This document shows, one piece after another, positions 9,421-17,311 of a stretch of DNA of 37,237 nt. The stretch comes from Brevundimonas sp. Its GTDB lineage: Bacteria; Pseudomonadota; Alphaproteobacteria; Caulobacterales; Caulobacteraceae. The stretch lies in assembly GCA_035654315.1 (NCBI GenBank), contig DASRXE010000040.1:1-37237 (forward strand). Direction: 5' to 3'. The first letter of the stretch is position 1. Every line of letters begins with the position of its first letter. A program made the position numbers and the translations under genes. The notes beneath the pieces were generated by a model, which saw only the letters and a program-made list of their open reading frames with translations, made no database searches and was not told where the DNA came from.

Positions 9421-9447
9421 CTTCCCTCCCGCTCGGGGGGAGGGAAG
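9421..9447. repeat. REP-like palindrome / hairpin
   Basis: CTTCCCTCCC-N7-GGGAGGGAAG, a perfect 10-bp stem. Confidence 0.6.
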
Positions 9448-9458
9448 GCGGTCGAAGC

Positions 9459-9487
9459 AAAAGGCCCGGGATCGCTCCCGGGCCTTT
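9459..9487. terminator. Bidirectional intrinsic terminator between the DUF3617 gene and carD
   Basis: AAAGGCCCGGGA-TCGC-TCCCGGGCCTTT, flanked by A and T runs. Confidence 0.85.
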
Positions 9488-9510
9488 CGTCATTCAGCGA
9501 TGCGCTTCGA

Positions 9511-10068
9511 TCAGGCGGCTTCGGCTTCCTCGGCCTCGGCGGCTTCGGCGGCGGCGATGACGGCCTTCTTGGCGCTCAGCGACTTGCCGAGCAGCTCGAC
9601 GGCGGCGTCCTTGTCGATGCGGTTGGCCGCGGCGACTTCGCGGGCCATGCGGTCCAGGGCCGATTCATAGAGCTGGCGCTCCGAATAGGACTGTTCCGGC
9701 TGGCTGTCGGCGCGGTGCAGGTCGCGGACCACCTCGGCGATCGAGATCAGATCGCCCGAGTTGATCTTGGCTTCGTATTCCTGCGCGCGGCGCGACCACA
9801 TAGTGCGCTTGATGCGGGCGCGGCCCTTCAGCGTGGTCAGGGCCTTGGTGACGACGTCGTCGGCGGCCAGCGAGCGCAGGCCGGCGGTCTTGGCCTTCTT
9901 GGTCGGAACCCGCAGGGTCATCTTCTCGTGGTCGAAGGTCACGACATAGACCTCCAGCGACATGCCCGCGACTTCCTGGGTCTCGACGGCCGCAACCTTG
10001 CCGACGCCGTGCGCCGGATAGACGACTGCGTCGCCAACCTTGAACTCCAGACCAGTCTTGTTCGTCAT
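9511..10068 (-). CDS. carD: CarD/CdnL RNA polymerase-binding transcription factor
   Basis: FKVGDAVVYPAHGVG, MWSRRAQEY, EVVRDL. C-terminal AA. Confidence 0.96.
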   Translation of the reverse strand: MTNKTGLEFKVGDAVVYPAHGVGKVAAVETQEVAGMSLEVYVVTFDHEKMTLRVPTKKAKTAGLRSLAADDVVTKALTTLKGRARIKRTMWSRRAQEYEAKINSGDLISIAEVVRDLHRADSQPEQSYSERQLYESALDRMAREVAAANRIDKDAAVELLGKSLSAKKAVIAAAEAAEAEEAEAA

Positions 10069-10281
10069 GTCATTCCTTTCCCGGCGCAAGACGGCGGGGC
10101 GAAACGGATACGTTGAAACGACGAAGGCTCGTCCCGCGGCAGTCGCCGCCGGCGCGCATTGTCAGTCGTCAAAACGGAAACGGATCACCAAACCTCTGGC
10201 CGATCCCGCCTGCATGGGCGGGATTCTGTCGCAAACGCGGGCGGCGCGAAGAAATCGCAGACCGCCCGACCCAATGACAGT

Positions 10282-10309
10282 AACCTATCACAAATCTGCG
10301 GAATTTCAA
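10282..10309 (-). promoter_or_regulatory. Putative carD promoter (-35 plus extended -10)
   Basis: Minus strand TTGAAA-N16-TAGGTT with a TGn extension. Confidence 0.5.
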
Positions 10310-10391
10310 AACGTCCACAGCGTCAGGGTAACGAAGGCTGTAAATCCTCTCCGGTCCGCGACACGCCGCCGCAGATTGGCGAAATGCGCCG

Positions 10392-10733
10392 TCAGGAACC
10401 CGTGCCGGGCTTCGGCGAGAAGTATTTCTCGAACTTGCCGGTCTCACGCTCGAACTGCTCGGCGTCCGCCGGCGGCTGGCCCTTGACCGTGATGTTCGGC
10501 CAGACCTTGGCGTATTCGGCGTTCACCATCAGCCATTTGCCGTCTGGTTCGTCCTCGGTATCCGGCTTGATGGCGTCGACCGGGCATTCCGGCTCGCACA
10601 CGCCGCAGTCGATGCATTCGTCCGGCGCGATGACGAGGAAATTCTCGCCCTCGTAGAAACAGTCGACCGGGCAGACCTCGACGCAGTCCATGAACTTACA
10701 TTTCACGCAGGCGTCGGTGACGATGTAGGTCAT
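10392..10733 (-). CDS. fdxA: 7Fe ferredoxin FdxA
   Basis: [17 protein letters not shown] and [12 protein letters not shown]. Confidence 0.96.
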   Translation of the reverse strand: MTYIVTDACVKCKFMDCVEVCPVDCFYEGENFLVIAPDECIDCGVCEPECPVDAIKPDTEDEPDGKWLMVNAEYAKVWPNITVKGQPPADAEQFERETGKFEKYFSPKPGTGS

Positions 10734-10913
10734 GGAGCGGAAAGCGGTCGCGCGGTTGTGAGGACGGGCTGCGCAGATGACCCCGACGGCGGACGCTGTC
10801 AACTCGGTGAGCGGTCGTGACGCATCCACAAGAGGGGCTTGCGGGCCCGGCGCGGCGCCCTATCTGTATCAGACGCGATTGCAAATCGCACGGTCATCAC
10901 AGGATTTCAAACA

Positions 10914-11537
10914 ATGCGTCTTGCCCCCCGCACCGTCATCGCCGCCGCCGCCTCGCTCAGCCTGTTGGCCGGCGGCGCGGTGGTCGCCGAGGCCGCCCTG
11001 ACCCAGGCCCCGGCCGAGGTGCAGGGCGGCGCCTACGGGCTCGATTCCGACCACGGCAAGATCACATGGTCGGTCAGCCACCTCGGCTTCTCGACCTACA
11101 CCGGCCAGTTCGTGAACGTCGAAGCCGATCTGACCCTCGACCCGGCTGATCCGTCGGCGGCGACCCTCACCGCGAGCATTCCGCTGACGGACGTGGATTC
11201 CAATTCCGACGGCCTCGACGCCCACCTTCAGACGGCCGACTTCTTCGACACCGCCAACCATCCCGTCGCCACCTATGTCTCGCGCTCGGTGACGGTGGAC
11301 CCGACCGACGCGAGCCGCGCCACCGTACTTGGCGACCTGACGCTGCGTGGCGTGACCCGACCGGTGACCATGACCGTCCGCTTCAACCAGGCCGGTCCGT
11401 CCATGGGCGGGACCTATCGCGCCGGCTTCGACGGCATGGCGACCATCAAACGCTCGGACTTCGGCATCGACTTCGCCCTGCCGGCCTTGGGCGACGAAGT
11501 GACCCTGCAGATCGAAGGCGAATTCATCCGCCAGTAG
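10914..11537 (+). CDS. YceI family periplasmic lipid/polyisoprenoid-binding protein
   Basis: Signal peptide, LDSDH, HLGFS, HLQTADFFD, GDLTLRGVTRPV, RSDFGI. Confidence 0.92.
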   Translation: MRLAPRTVIAAAASLSLLAGGAVVAEAALTQAPAEVQGGAYGLDSDHGKITWSVSHLGFSTYTGQFVNVEADLTLDPADPSAATLTASIPLTDVDSNSDGLDAHLQTADFFDTANHPVATYVSRSVTVDPTDASRATVLGDLTLRGVTRPVTMTVRFNQAGPSMGGTYRAGFDGMATIKRSDFGIDFALPALGDEVTLQIEGEFIRQ

Positions 11538-11820
11538 GCGGTTCGCCTTCGACGGCGGAATACAGGGCGCGGGCTTCCACAGGCGGTCCGCGCCGCTCCC
11601 CCAGCGCCTCCACCGTCAGGTCGACCAGCCGGCCGCCGAGGGCGAACACCAGCCCGTCGCCGACGTGGACGCTGCGGCTCGGCTTGTCGAGGCGGGTCTG
11701 CACCCCGTGGTGGGTCAGTCGCACCGCGCCTCGCTCGACCATGGCGGCGGCCAGCGACCGGCTCTTCGCGAACCGCGCCCGCCACAGCCACACATCGATG
11801 CGGCAGCTGGTCTCGCTCAC
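11524..11820 (-). CDS. hslR: S4-domain RNA-binding protein (Hsp15/HslR-like)
   Basis: RIDVWLWRARFAKSRSLA and RRGPPVEARALY. Start overlaps the helicase stop. Confidence 0.9.
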   Translation of the reverse strand: MSETSCRIDVWLWRARFAKSRSLAAAMVERGAVRLTHHGVQTRLDKPSRSVHVGDGLVFALGGRLVDLTVEALGERRGPPVEARALYSAVEGEPPTGG

Positions 11821-14297
11821 TTGGCGGTAGTCCGTTTTCGGGGACGTTTGCGTCGAACCGGCGCTGGAGGCGCGGTCAGCGCGGAAAGCGCCGCGAACGG
11901 CGAGTCCTTGACGGGCTTCGGGCTACGGTCGGCGCGATCCGATTGCCGCGCGCGCGTAGATTTCAACGCCCCGGCCAGCGTCCTGGCCTGCTCCAGCGTG
12001 ATCCCCAGCTCGGCCAGGTCCGTCTCACCCAGCACGCCCTTGTTCCGCGCCCGCCGTTCGGTCAGCGACTCCAGCATCTCCACCCCGGCCGCGACCCGCC
12101 CGACCGCGCGCAGCCCGAAGGCGGACAGCAGCCGCGCCGACGGCGCCGGATCGGGCAGGGGCGTCAAGGTCGAGGTCCCCGGGCGAAACGCCTCGCCGGC
12201 GGTGAACGCCCGCGCCACCGTCGGACCCCGTCCCTTCAGCAGCGCCGGCAGCCACACCGAATGCGCGCCCAGCCGCACGCCGAAGCTCTTCAGCGTGCGC
12301 CGCTCGACCTGGCTCAGGGCGGCGAGGTCCCGTTCGACGTCGCGCCGGTCGATCACCCCGCCGGCCTCGACCAGCCGAAAGGCGAGGCCGCGCGGCAGAC
12401 CCTTCAGAGTCCCGTTCTCGACCGCCGTCTTCAGCCGCCGCAGCGCCCGCAGCGCGCGTCCCGCCTCGCCGGCCAGCCAAGCCTCCAGCCGCCGCTGAGC
12501 CCGCTCCCGGGCCGCCACCGGTCCGAGCTCGCCCAGCAGCCGCACCCGCGGCGCGAACCAGTCGCCCCCGGCCACCTGTCCCGCCTGCGCCCCGCGCCAC
12601 AGCACCGCCCCGTCCGGCGTCACCCCAAAGGCGTCGTCGGTATCCGCCGCCAGCCGGCCGAGGCGCCGGGCGATCTCCGGCGTCACCGCCTGCCGCGCCG
12701 CGTGGCGCAGCGCCTTGTCCTCAAGCGCGCTGGCGCCCTTGTCGATCTGGAAGTCCACGCCGGACAGCCGCCCGACGGCGTGGCCCTCGATCACCACCGA
12801 TCCGTCCGCGTCCACATCCGCGACCGCGTCCTCGCGCACGTTCAGGGCCCGCATCAGGGCGGTGGTGCGCCGGTCGACGAACCGCGCCGTCAGCCGTTCG
12901 TGCAGCACGTCGCTGAGCCGCTCCTCCAGCGCCTTGGTGCGGTCGCGCCAGCCCTGCGCCTGATCCAGCCAGTCGGGCCGGTTGGCGATATAGCTCAGCG
13001 TCCGCACGCCGCTCAGCCGCGCCGACAGCTGGTCGATCTGGCCGTCGTCCCGGTCGAGGTCGGCGAAGCGAGGGCCGATCCAGTCGTGGGTCAGCCGCCC
13101 CCGTTTGCCCGTCAGGGCCTCGAAGATGTCCTTGGCGAGCCGGGCATGCTCGTCCAGCGTGGTCTTCTGGAAGTCCGGCAGCTGGCAGGCCTCCCACAGC
13201 CGCATGATCGCCCCGCGCGAACGGCCGACCCGGGCTACATCCTCATCCTTGATCAGGCGCCGCAACAGGGTCTCGTCCAGGGCCGGCTGGGTCAGGCTCA
13301 GCCCACGCACTCCGGGCGTAACCGTCAGCGAGCGCAGCAGGTCGTTGAGGGTGTCGAAATCCAGCCGGGCGTTGCGCCACTCCGCCGCCTCGACCGGATC
13401 GAAGCGATGCTCGACCACCTGCTCGACCAGGTCGGGATCCAGTTCGATCGCCTCGCCCGTGACCCCAAACGTGCCGTCGCGCAGGTGCCGTCCGGCCCGC
13501 CCGGCGATCTGGCCGATCTCGTGGGCGTGCAGCCAGCGGGTCCGGCGCCCGTCGAACTTCCGCAGGCCGGCGAAGGCGACGTGGTCGACCTCCATGTTCA
13601 GCCCCATGCCGATAGCGTCGGTGGCCACCAGAAAGTCGACCTCGCCCGACTGGAACAGCTCGACCTGGGCGTTGCGGGTGCGCGGGCTCAGCGACCCCAT
13701 CACGACCGCCGCCCCGCCCCGCTGGCGGCGGATCAGCTCGGCGATGGCGTAGACCTGCTCGGTGCTGAAGGCGACGATGGCGCTGCGCCGGGGCAGGCGG
13801 GTCAGCTTCTTCGAGCCGGCGTAGCTCAACGTGGACAGCCGCTCCCGCTCGACGATTTCCACGTCGGGGACCAGCGAGCGCACCAGCGGGGCCATGGTCC
13901 CGGCGCCCAGAAACATGGTCTCGAACCGCCCCCGCGCATGCAGCAGCCGCTGGGTGAAGACGTGACCCCGCTCGGGGTCGGCGACCAGCTGGATCTCGTC
14001 CACCGCCAGGAATTCGACCGGACGCTCCATCGGCATCGCCTCGACGGTGCAGACGAAATAGTGGGCCCGGGGCGGGACGATCTTCTCCTCGCCGGTGACC
14101 AGGGCCACCGCCGCGGCCCCGCGCCGCTTGACGATGCGATCATAGATCTCGCGCGCCAGCAGCCGCAGCGGCAGGCCGATCATGCCCGAGGCGTGGCCCA
14201 GCATCCGCTCGACCGCCAGATGGGTCTTGCCGGTGTTGGTGGGCCCCAGCACCGCGACGACGCGCGAGGGGGCCTGGCCTGTGGCGCGGTCGCTCAT
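11817..14297 (-). CDS. SUV3/MgpS-like superfamily 2 helicase
   Basis: GPTNTGKT, DEIQ, ATDAIGMGLN, QIAGRAGR. ATG at 14297. Confidence 0.92.
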   Translation of the reverse strand: MSDRATGQAPSRVVAVLGPTNTGKTHLAVERMLGHASGMIGLPLRLLAREIYDRIVKRRGAAAVALVTGEEKIVPPRAHYFVCTVEAMPMERPVEFLAVDEIQLVADPERGHVFTQRLLHARGRFETMFLGAGTMAPLVRSLVPDVEIVERERLSTLSYAGSKKLTRLPRRSAIVAFSTEQVYAIAELIRRQRGGAAVVMGSLSPRTRNAQVELFQSGEVDFLVATDAIGMGLNMEVDHVAFAGLRKFDGRRTRWLHAHEIGQIAGRAGRHLRDGTFGVTGEAIELDPDLVEQVVEHRFDPVEAAEWRNARLDFDTLNDLLRSLTVTPGVRGLSLTQPALDETLLRRLIKDEDVARVGRSRGAIMRLWEACQLPDFQKTTLDEHARLAKDIFEALTGKRGRLTHDWIGPRFADLDRDDGQIDQLSARLSGVRTLSYIANRPDWLDQAQGWRDRTKALEERLSDVLHERLTARFVDRRTTALMRALNVREDAVADVDADGSVVIEGHAVGRLSGVDFQIDKGASALEDKALRHAARQAVTPEIARRLGRLAADTDDAFGVTPDGAVLWRGAQAGQVAGGDWFAPRVRLLGELGPVAARERAQRRLEAWLAGEAGRALRALRRLKTAVENGTLKGLPRGLAFRLVEAGGVIDRRDVERDLAALSQVERRTLKSFGVRLGAHSVWLPALLKGRGPTVARAFTAGEAFRPGTSTLTPLPDPAPSARLLSAFGLRAVGRVAAGVEMLESLTERRARNKGVLGETDLAELGITLEQARTLAGALKSTRARQSDRADRSPKPVKDSPFAALSALTAPPAPVRRKRPRKRTTAK

Positions 14298-14347
14298 GAG
14301 ACTGAAAAGGTGGCTCTTCCCGCCGGGTTCCTCAAGCGGCGCCGGGC

Positions 14348-15142
14348 TCAGTCTCCGTATTTTGCGCGCCAGGCGGTCAGGGCGGTGGCGATGTCGGGGA
14401 AGGCCGTGGCGATATCCCTGCCCGAACCGTTGCTGCAGAAATAGCGCTGCAGTGGAAGAACGCGATCCATCGGCATGCTGTCCTGCCAGGTCGGCTCGCC
14501 GCCGTCCCCGTCGAAATCCCCGCTCCACAGGACCTCGCCGTCCTCGGTCATATCGAGGGCGTGGCGCAGGCCACGTCGAGCCGGGCATTTGAACGCCATG
14601 TGATTGAGGTCATAGACATGGGCCGGATCGGCGTCCGGCGAGCGATAGCCGCCGAAGCTGAGCATCTTCAAGCCGAACACGCCATCCTCGTAGGTCACGG
14701 TCGCCAGATCGATCAGCTCCTGGAAGCCGTCGTCGATATAGGTCTCCATCCACCGGTCGCGCAGATTGAAACGCACGAACCCGCAGCCGCCGTCCTCGAT
14801 GTCGGTGCTGGCCAGCATGTACAGCGATCCCGGCGCCCCCAGCGCCAGCCCGAACATCACGAACAGGGGCTCGCCGTTCTCCAGCTGTGCATTGTATCGC
14901 AACTGGTTCGGCGGGATGGCGTACAGGTCCTCCGTCACGGCGTTATAGGGCTCGCCGCGAAGCGTCGGCTCTGTTGGATAGCTTGTCTTGGCCTCGTCGA
15001 CATGGGCGCCTGCGTTGCGCATGCCCGACAGGGCGCTGTCGTTCAGACAGGCCGCGACCTCGGGCGACGGGTTCGCTTGCGCCAGGGCGGCCTGGGCCGG
15101 CAGCCAGGCCAGCAGGGCCAGCAGTATTGTCCCCGGTTTCAT
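14348..15142 (-). CDS. Secreted hypothetical protein
   Basis: GGAG RBS, signal peptide ending ALA-Q, acidic 264-aa body with four Cys. No recognisable family. Confidence 0.8.
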   Translation of the reverse strand: MKPGTILLALLAWLPAQAALAQANPSPEVAACLNDSALSGMRNAGAHVDEAKTSYPTEPTLRGEPYNAVTEDLYAIPPNQLRYNAQLENGEPLFVMFGLALGAPGSLYMLASTDIEDGGCGFVRFNLRDRWMETYIDDGFQELIDLATVTYEDGVFGLKMLSFGGYRSPDADPAHVYDLNHMAFKCPARRGLRHALDMTEDGEVLWSGDFDGDGGEPTWQDSMPMDRVLPLQRYFCSNGSGRDIATAFPDIATALTAWRAKYGD

Positions 15143-15325
15143 GGTCGGTCTCCTGACGCCCCCGCGTCATATCGCCGATACCTTGCCCGCCCGCGGCTGT
15201 CGACATGACCGAACCTGCCGACGACCGGGCGCCCAATTTGCTAACGGCCTCGGCTCAACCCGCGGAACAGGGGCGAAACGAATCAGGACCGAATCACCGA
15301 CACGGCCCGATTCGGGGTTTGTTCC

Positions 15326-15341
15326 CTACAACATATTGTAT
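15326..15341. promoter_or_regulatory. Putative NrdR box
   Basis: ctaCAAcATATTGtat matches the core of the NrdR consensus acaCwAtATaTwGtgt. Confidence 0.55.
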
Positions 15342-15472
15342 CTTAAGACGGATTAACCACAATGGCGGGCCAGGGCTCTGATTGCGGGCGCGGAGCGGTG
15401 AGCGGGGATCGCCCAATTTCGCCGCCGCTCCCGCTTCCCCCGCGCGCCGCGACCCGCTAGGCAGCCCCCCAT

Positions 15473-15549
15473 GGCCCCGTAGCTCAGCTGCATAGAGCAA
15501 GGCTTTCCTAAAGCCGAGGTCGCAGGTTGGAGTCCTGCCGGGGTCGCCA
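15473..15549 (+). tRNA. tRNA-Arg(CCT)
   Basis: Cloverleaf: acceptor GGCCCCG/CGGGGTC, D stem GCTC/GAGC, anticodon loop TTCCTAA, T stem GCAGG/CCTGC, A20, discriminator G and encoded CCA. Non-canonical C19 and G56. Confidence 0.9.
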
Positions 15550-15589
15550 TCCATTCGTCGCTGACGGCGGCGGCGTCGCTTCCGCTACA

Positions 15590-15715
15590 TCACGCTCCGG
15601 GCCATTTGCGGAACTGGCAGGTCCTGCAGGTCATCATTCCAGGGTGACGGCGGCTTTCCACGAAGTGGTGCGCCTGCCCCGGATGCTTCAGCAGACGATA
15701 GAACAGTTCGCGCAT
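15590..15715 (-). CDS. 41-aa microprotein with HH...CxxC motif
   Basis: MRELFYRLLKHPGQAHHFVESRRHPGMMTCRTCQFRKWPGA. GGGGA RBS and a consensus SigT promoter upstream. Confidence 0.65.
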   Translation of the reverse strand: MRELFYRLLKHPGQAHHFVESRRHPGMMTCRTCQFRKWPGA

Positions 15716-15746
15716 GTCTGGTCCCCGGACGCTTGCGTCGGTCGGG

Positions 15747-15772
15747 AACGCGACCGGAAGCGAGACGGTTCC
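15747..15772 (-). promoter_or_regulatory. Putative SigT/EcfG promoter
   Basis: Exact GGAAC-N17-CGTT, 31 nt upstream of ATG 15715. Confidence 0.7.
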
Positions 15773-15855
15773 AGAACGGCGGTCAGTTGCGGACACGCCG
15801 AATGCCCCCGCCGCCCGGGGGCGACGAGGGCCTTGGTCGAAGGCGCTGGCCGGAT

Positions 15856-16080
15856 TTAGTCGCTCTCGCCCTCGTCGTTCACCTCGGTGACGAACCAGAA
15901 GCCGGCGGCGGCGACCGCCACGAAGATCAGCCCCGCGGGAATCCCGCCCGAGAATTCGCTCGCCTCACCCGACGCGGCGCCCAGCCGGTCGGACACCCGG
16001 GGCGCCGCCGCTGACTGTGCGAGGGCCTGGCTGCCCACAAGGGCCAGGCCCGCGATCGCCGCTGCTATGGTCTTCTTCAT
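15856..16080 (-). CDS. 74-aa signal-peptide + single-TM protein with acidic tail (paralog of 5133-5357)
   Basis: GGAG RBS. MKKTIAA signal peptide, RVSDRLG...SEFSGG, TM helix, NDEGESD tail. Confidence 0.85.
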   Translation of the reverse strand: MKKTIAAAIAGLALVGSQALAQSAAAPRVSDRLGAASGEASEFSGGIPAGLIFVAVAAAGFWFVTEVNDEGESD

Positions 16081-16120
16081 GGTTCCGTCTCCAGTCGCGC
16101 CAAATCTGCGCCCCGGTGAG

Positions 16121-16145
16121 AACCGTCGCGGCCCGCCAATGTTCC
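16121..16145 (-). promoter_or_regulatory. Putative SigT/EcfG promoter
   Basis: Minus strand GGAAC-N16-GGTT, the same architecture as 5079-5103. Confidence 0.6.
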
Positions 16146-16180
16146 GCGCCCGCTTGCCTATAGTCGGCCCGGGCCCGGCC

Positions 16181-16597
16181 TCACCGCCAGCGCGAGCCTT
16201 CGCCGTGCTTGCCGATGCTCTCGAACTCCGGCGGCGCGGCCTTGTGGACGTACTGCTCGGCCACCAGCCAGCCCTTCAGCGGCCGCAGTACGCCGAGGCA
16301 GCCGAGGACCAGCAGCGGCATGGTCACCACCATATGCACCCAGATCGGCGGGTGGACGGTGAACTCGAACCACATGAACAGGGCCATGCCGACCACGCCC
16401 ACGATGCTCATGCCGAAAAAGGCCGGGCCATCGGCGGGTTCGGCGAAACCGTAGTCGAGCCCGCAAGCGGGGCAGGATTGGCGAATGGTCAGATACCCCT
16501 TCAGCAACGGCCCCTCGCCGCAGCGCGGACAGCGGCAACGGACTCCGGTCGAAAGGGTGCTCAGGCGCGAACGCTCGGGGTCGGCTGACGGCTTCAT
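16181..16597 (-). CDS. DUF983 family membrane protein
   Basis: RCPRCGEG, CPACGLD, ADGPAFF, PPIWVH, LRPLKG. Confidence 0.88.
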   Translation of the reverse strand: MKPSADPERSRLSTLSTGVRCRCPRCGEGPLLKGYLTIRQSCPACGLDYGFAEPADGPAFFGMSIVGVVGMALFMWFEFTVHPPIWVHMVVTMPLLVLGCLGVLRPLKGWLVAEQYVHKAAPPEFESIGKHGEGSRWR

Positions 16598-16723
16598 GCG
16601 GTCGATGTCGCGCCGCCCGTTGCCGCTAGCAAGGGGCGGGGTCTGAGACATAAGGTCCCGTCAGTCCGCGGTCCCGGAATCACCATGCTACGGAAGCGGA
16701 CGATCGGAAGGGGAGGTAAAGCC

Positions 16724-17254
16724 GTGTTCCTGTCATTCGCCATCGCAGCCCTGTCCGGCGGCCTGCCCGCCCAGACCGGAACGCCGGAGATCGAAATCCG
16801 ATGCGAGATGCGCGCCGAGGTGCGTCCGCTCACCACCACCGACACCTCCACAGGCCGGCGGCGGACATGGCGGCCGCGCGACGCGATCGCGCTCGTCGAC
16901 GGCTATTCCCGGCACGGCTGGGGGTTCGAGGACGGTCAGAGCGAGATGGATCGGGTGTTCTACCTGTCCCTGTCGCCTGAGAACGGCGCCGGGACCATCG
17001 AGTTCGATGAGCAGTTCGCCTGGATGGAGGGACGCTACACCTTCTCCATCTCCACGCGCCTCTACCCTGACAAGATCGAGGTTCCACTGTCGGCCCGCGC
17101 CGAGCCGCTGGTGATCGACCGCACGACCGGACGTATGCGTATGGTTATCGAGGAAGACGATATCCGCGAGGCCCCGGTGCCCGAGGATGCGACCGTGCGG
17201 ATCGAGGTCACCGGACGCTGCCGGGAGTTCCAGCCCGAGGATCGCCTGTTCTGA
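16724..17254 (+). CDS. Secreted hypothetical protein
   Basis: GGAGG RBS before GTG 16724. Short hydrophobic N-terminus, IDRTTG motif, N- and C-terminal Cys. Confidence 0.7.
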   Translation: MFLSFAIAALSGGLPAQTGTPEIEIRCEMRAEVRPLTTTDTSTGRRRTWRPRDAIALVDGYSRHGWGFEDGQSEMDRVFYLSLSPENGAGTIEFDEQFAWMEGRYTFSISTRLYPDKIEVPLSARAEPLVIDRTTGRMRMVIEEDDIREAPVPEDATVRIEVTGRCREFQPEDRLF

Positions 17255-17260
17255 CCGCCC

Positions 17261-17286
17261 GGAACGGCCTCGACCGGTCGATCGTT
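17261..17286 (+). promoter_or_regulatory. Putative SigT/EcfG promoter
   Basis: Exact GGAAC-N17-CGTT, 25 nt upstream of ATG 17312. Confidence 0.7.
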
Positions 17287-17311
17287 TCTGTCGCCCGGAG
17301 GAGCGACGACG

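Noticed and set aside
11943-14444. 833-aa plus-strand ORF
   Set aside because: Antisense to the helicase, with no independent coding signal.
14298-14588. N-terminal extension of the helicase in the ORF track
   Set aside because: It overlaps the upstream secreted-protein gene. Helicase motif I begins shortly after ATG 14297.
15473-15549. Calling the tRNA a pseudogene
   Set aside because: The two non-consensus elbow bases are mutually complementary, and the stems, identity elements and CCA are intact.
15550-17260. tRNA-anchored integrative island
   Set aside because: No integrase, and I saw no duplicated tRNA 3' end in the window; only small variable genes.
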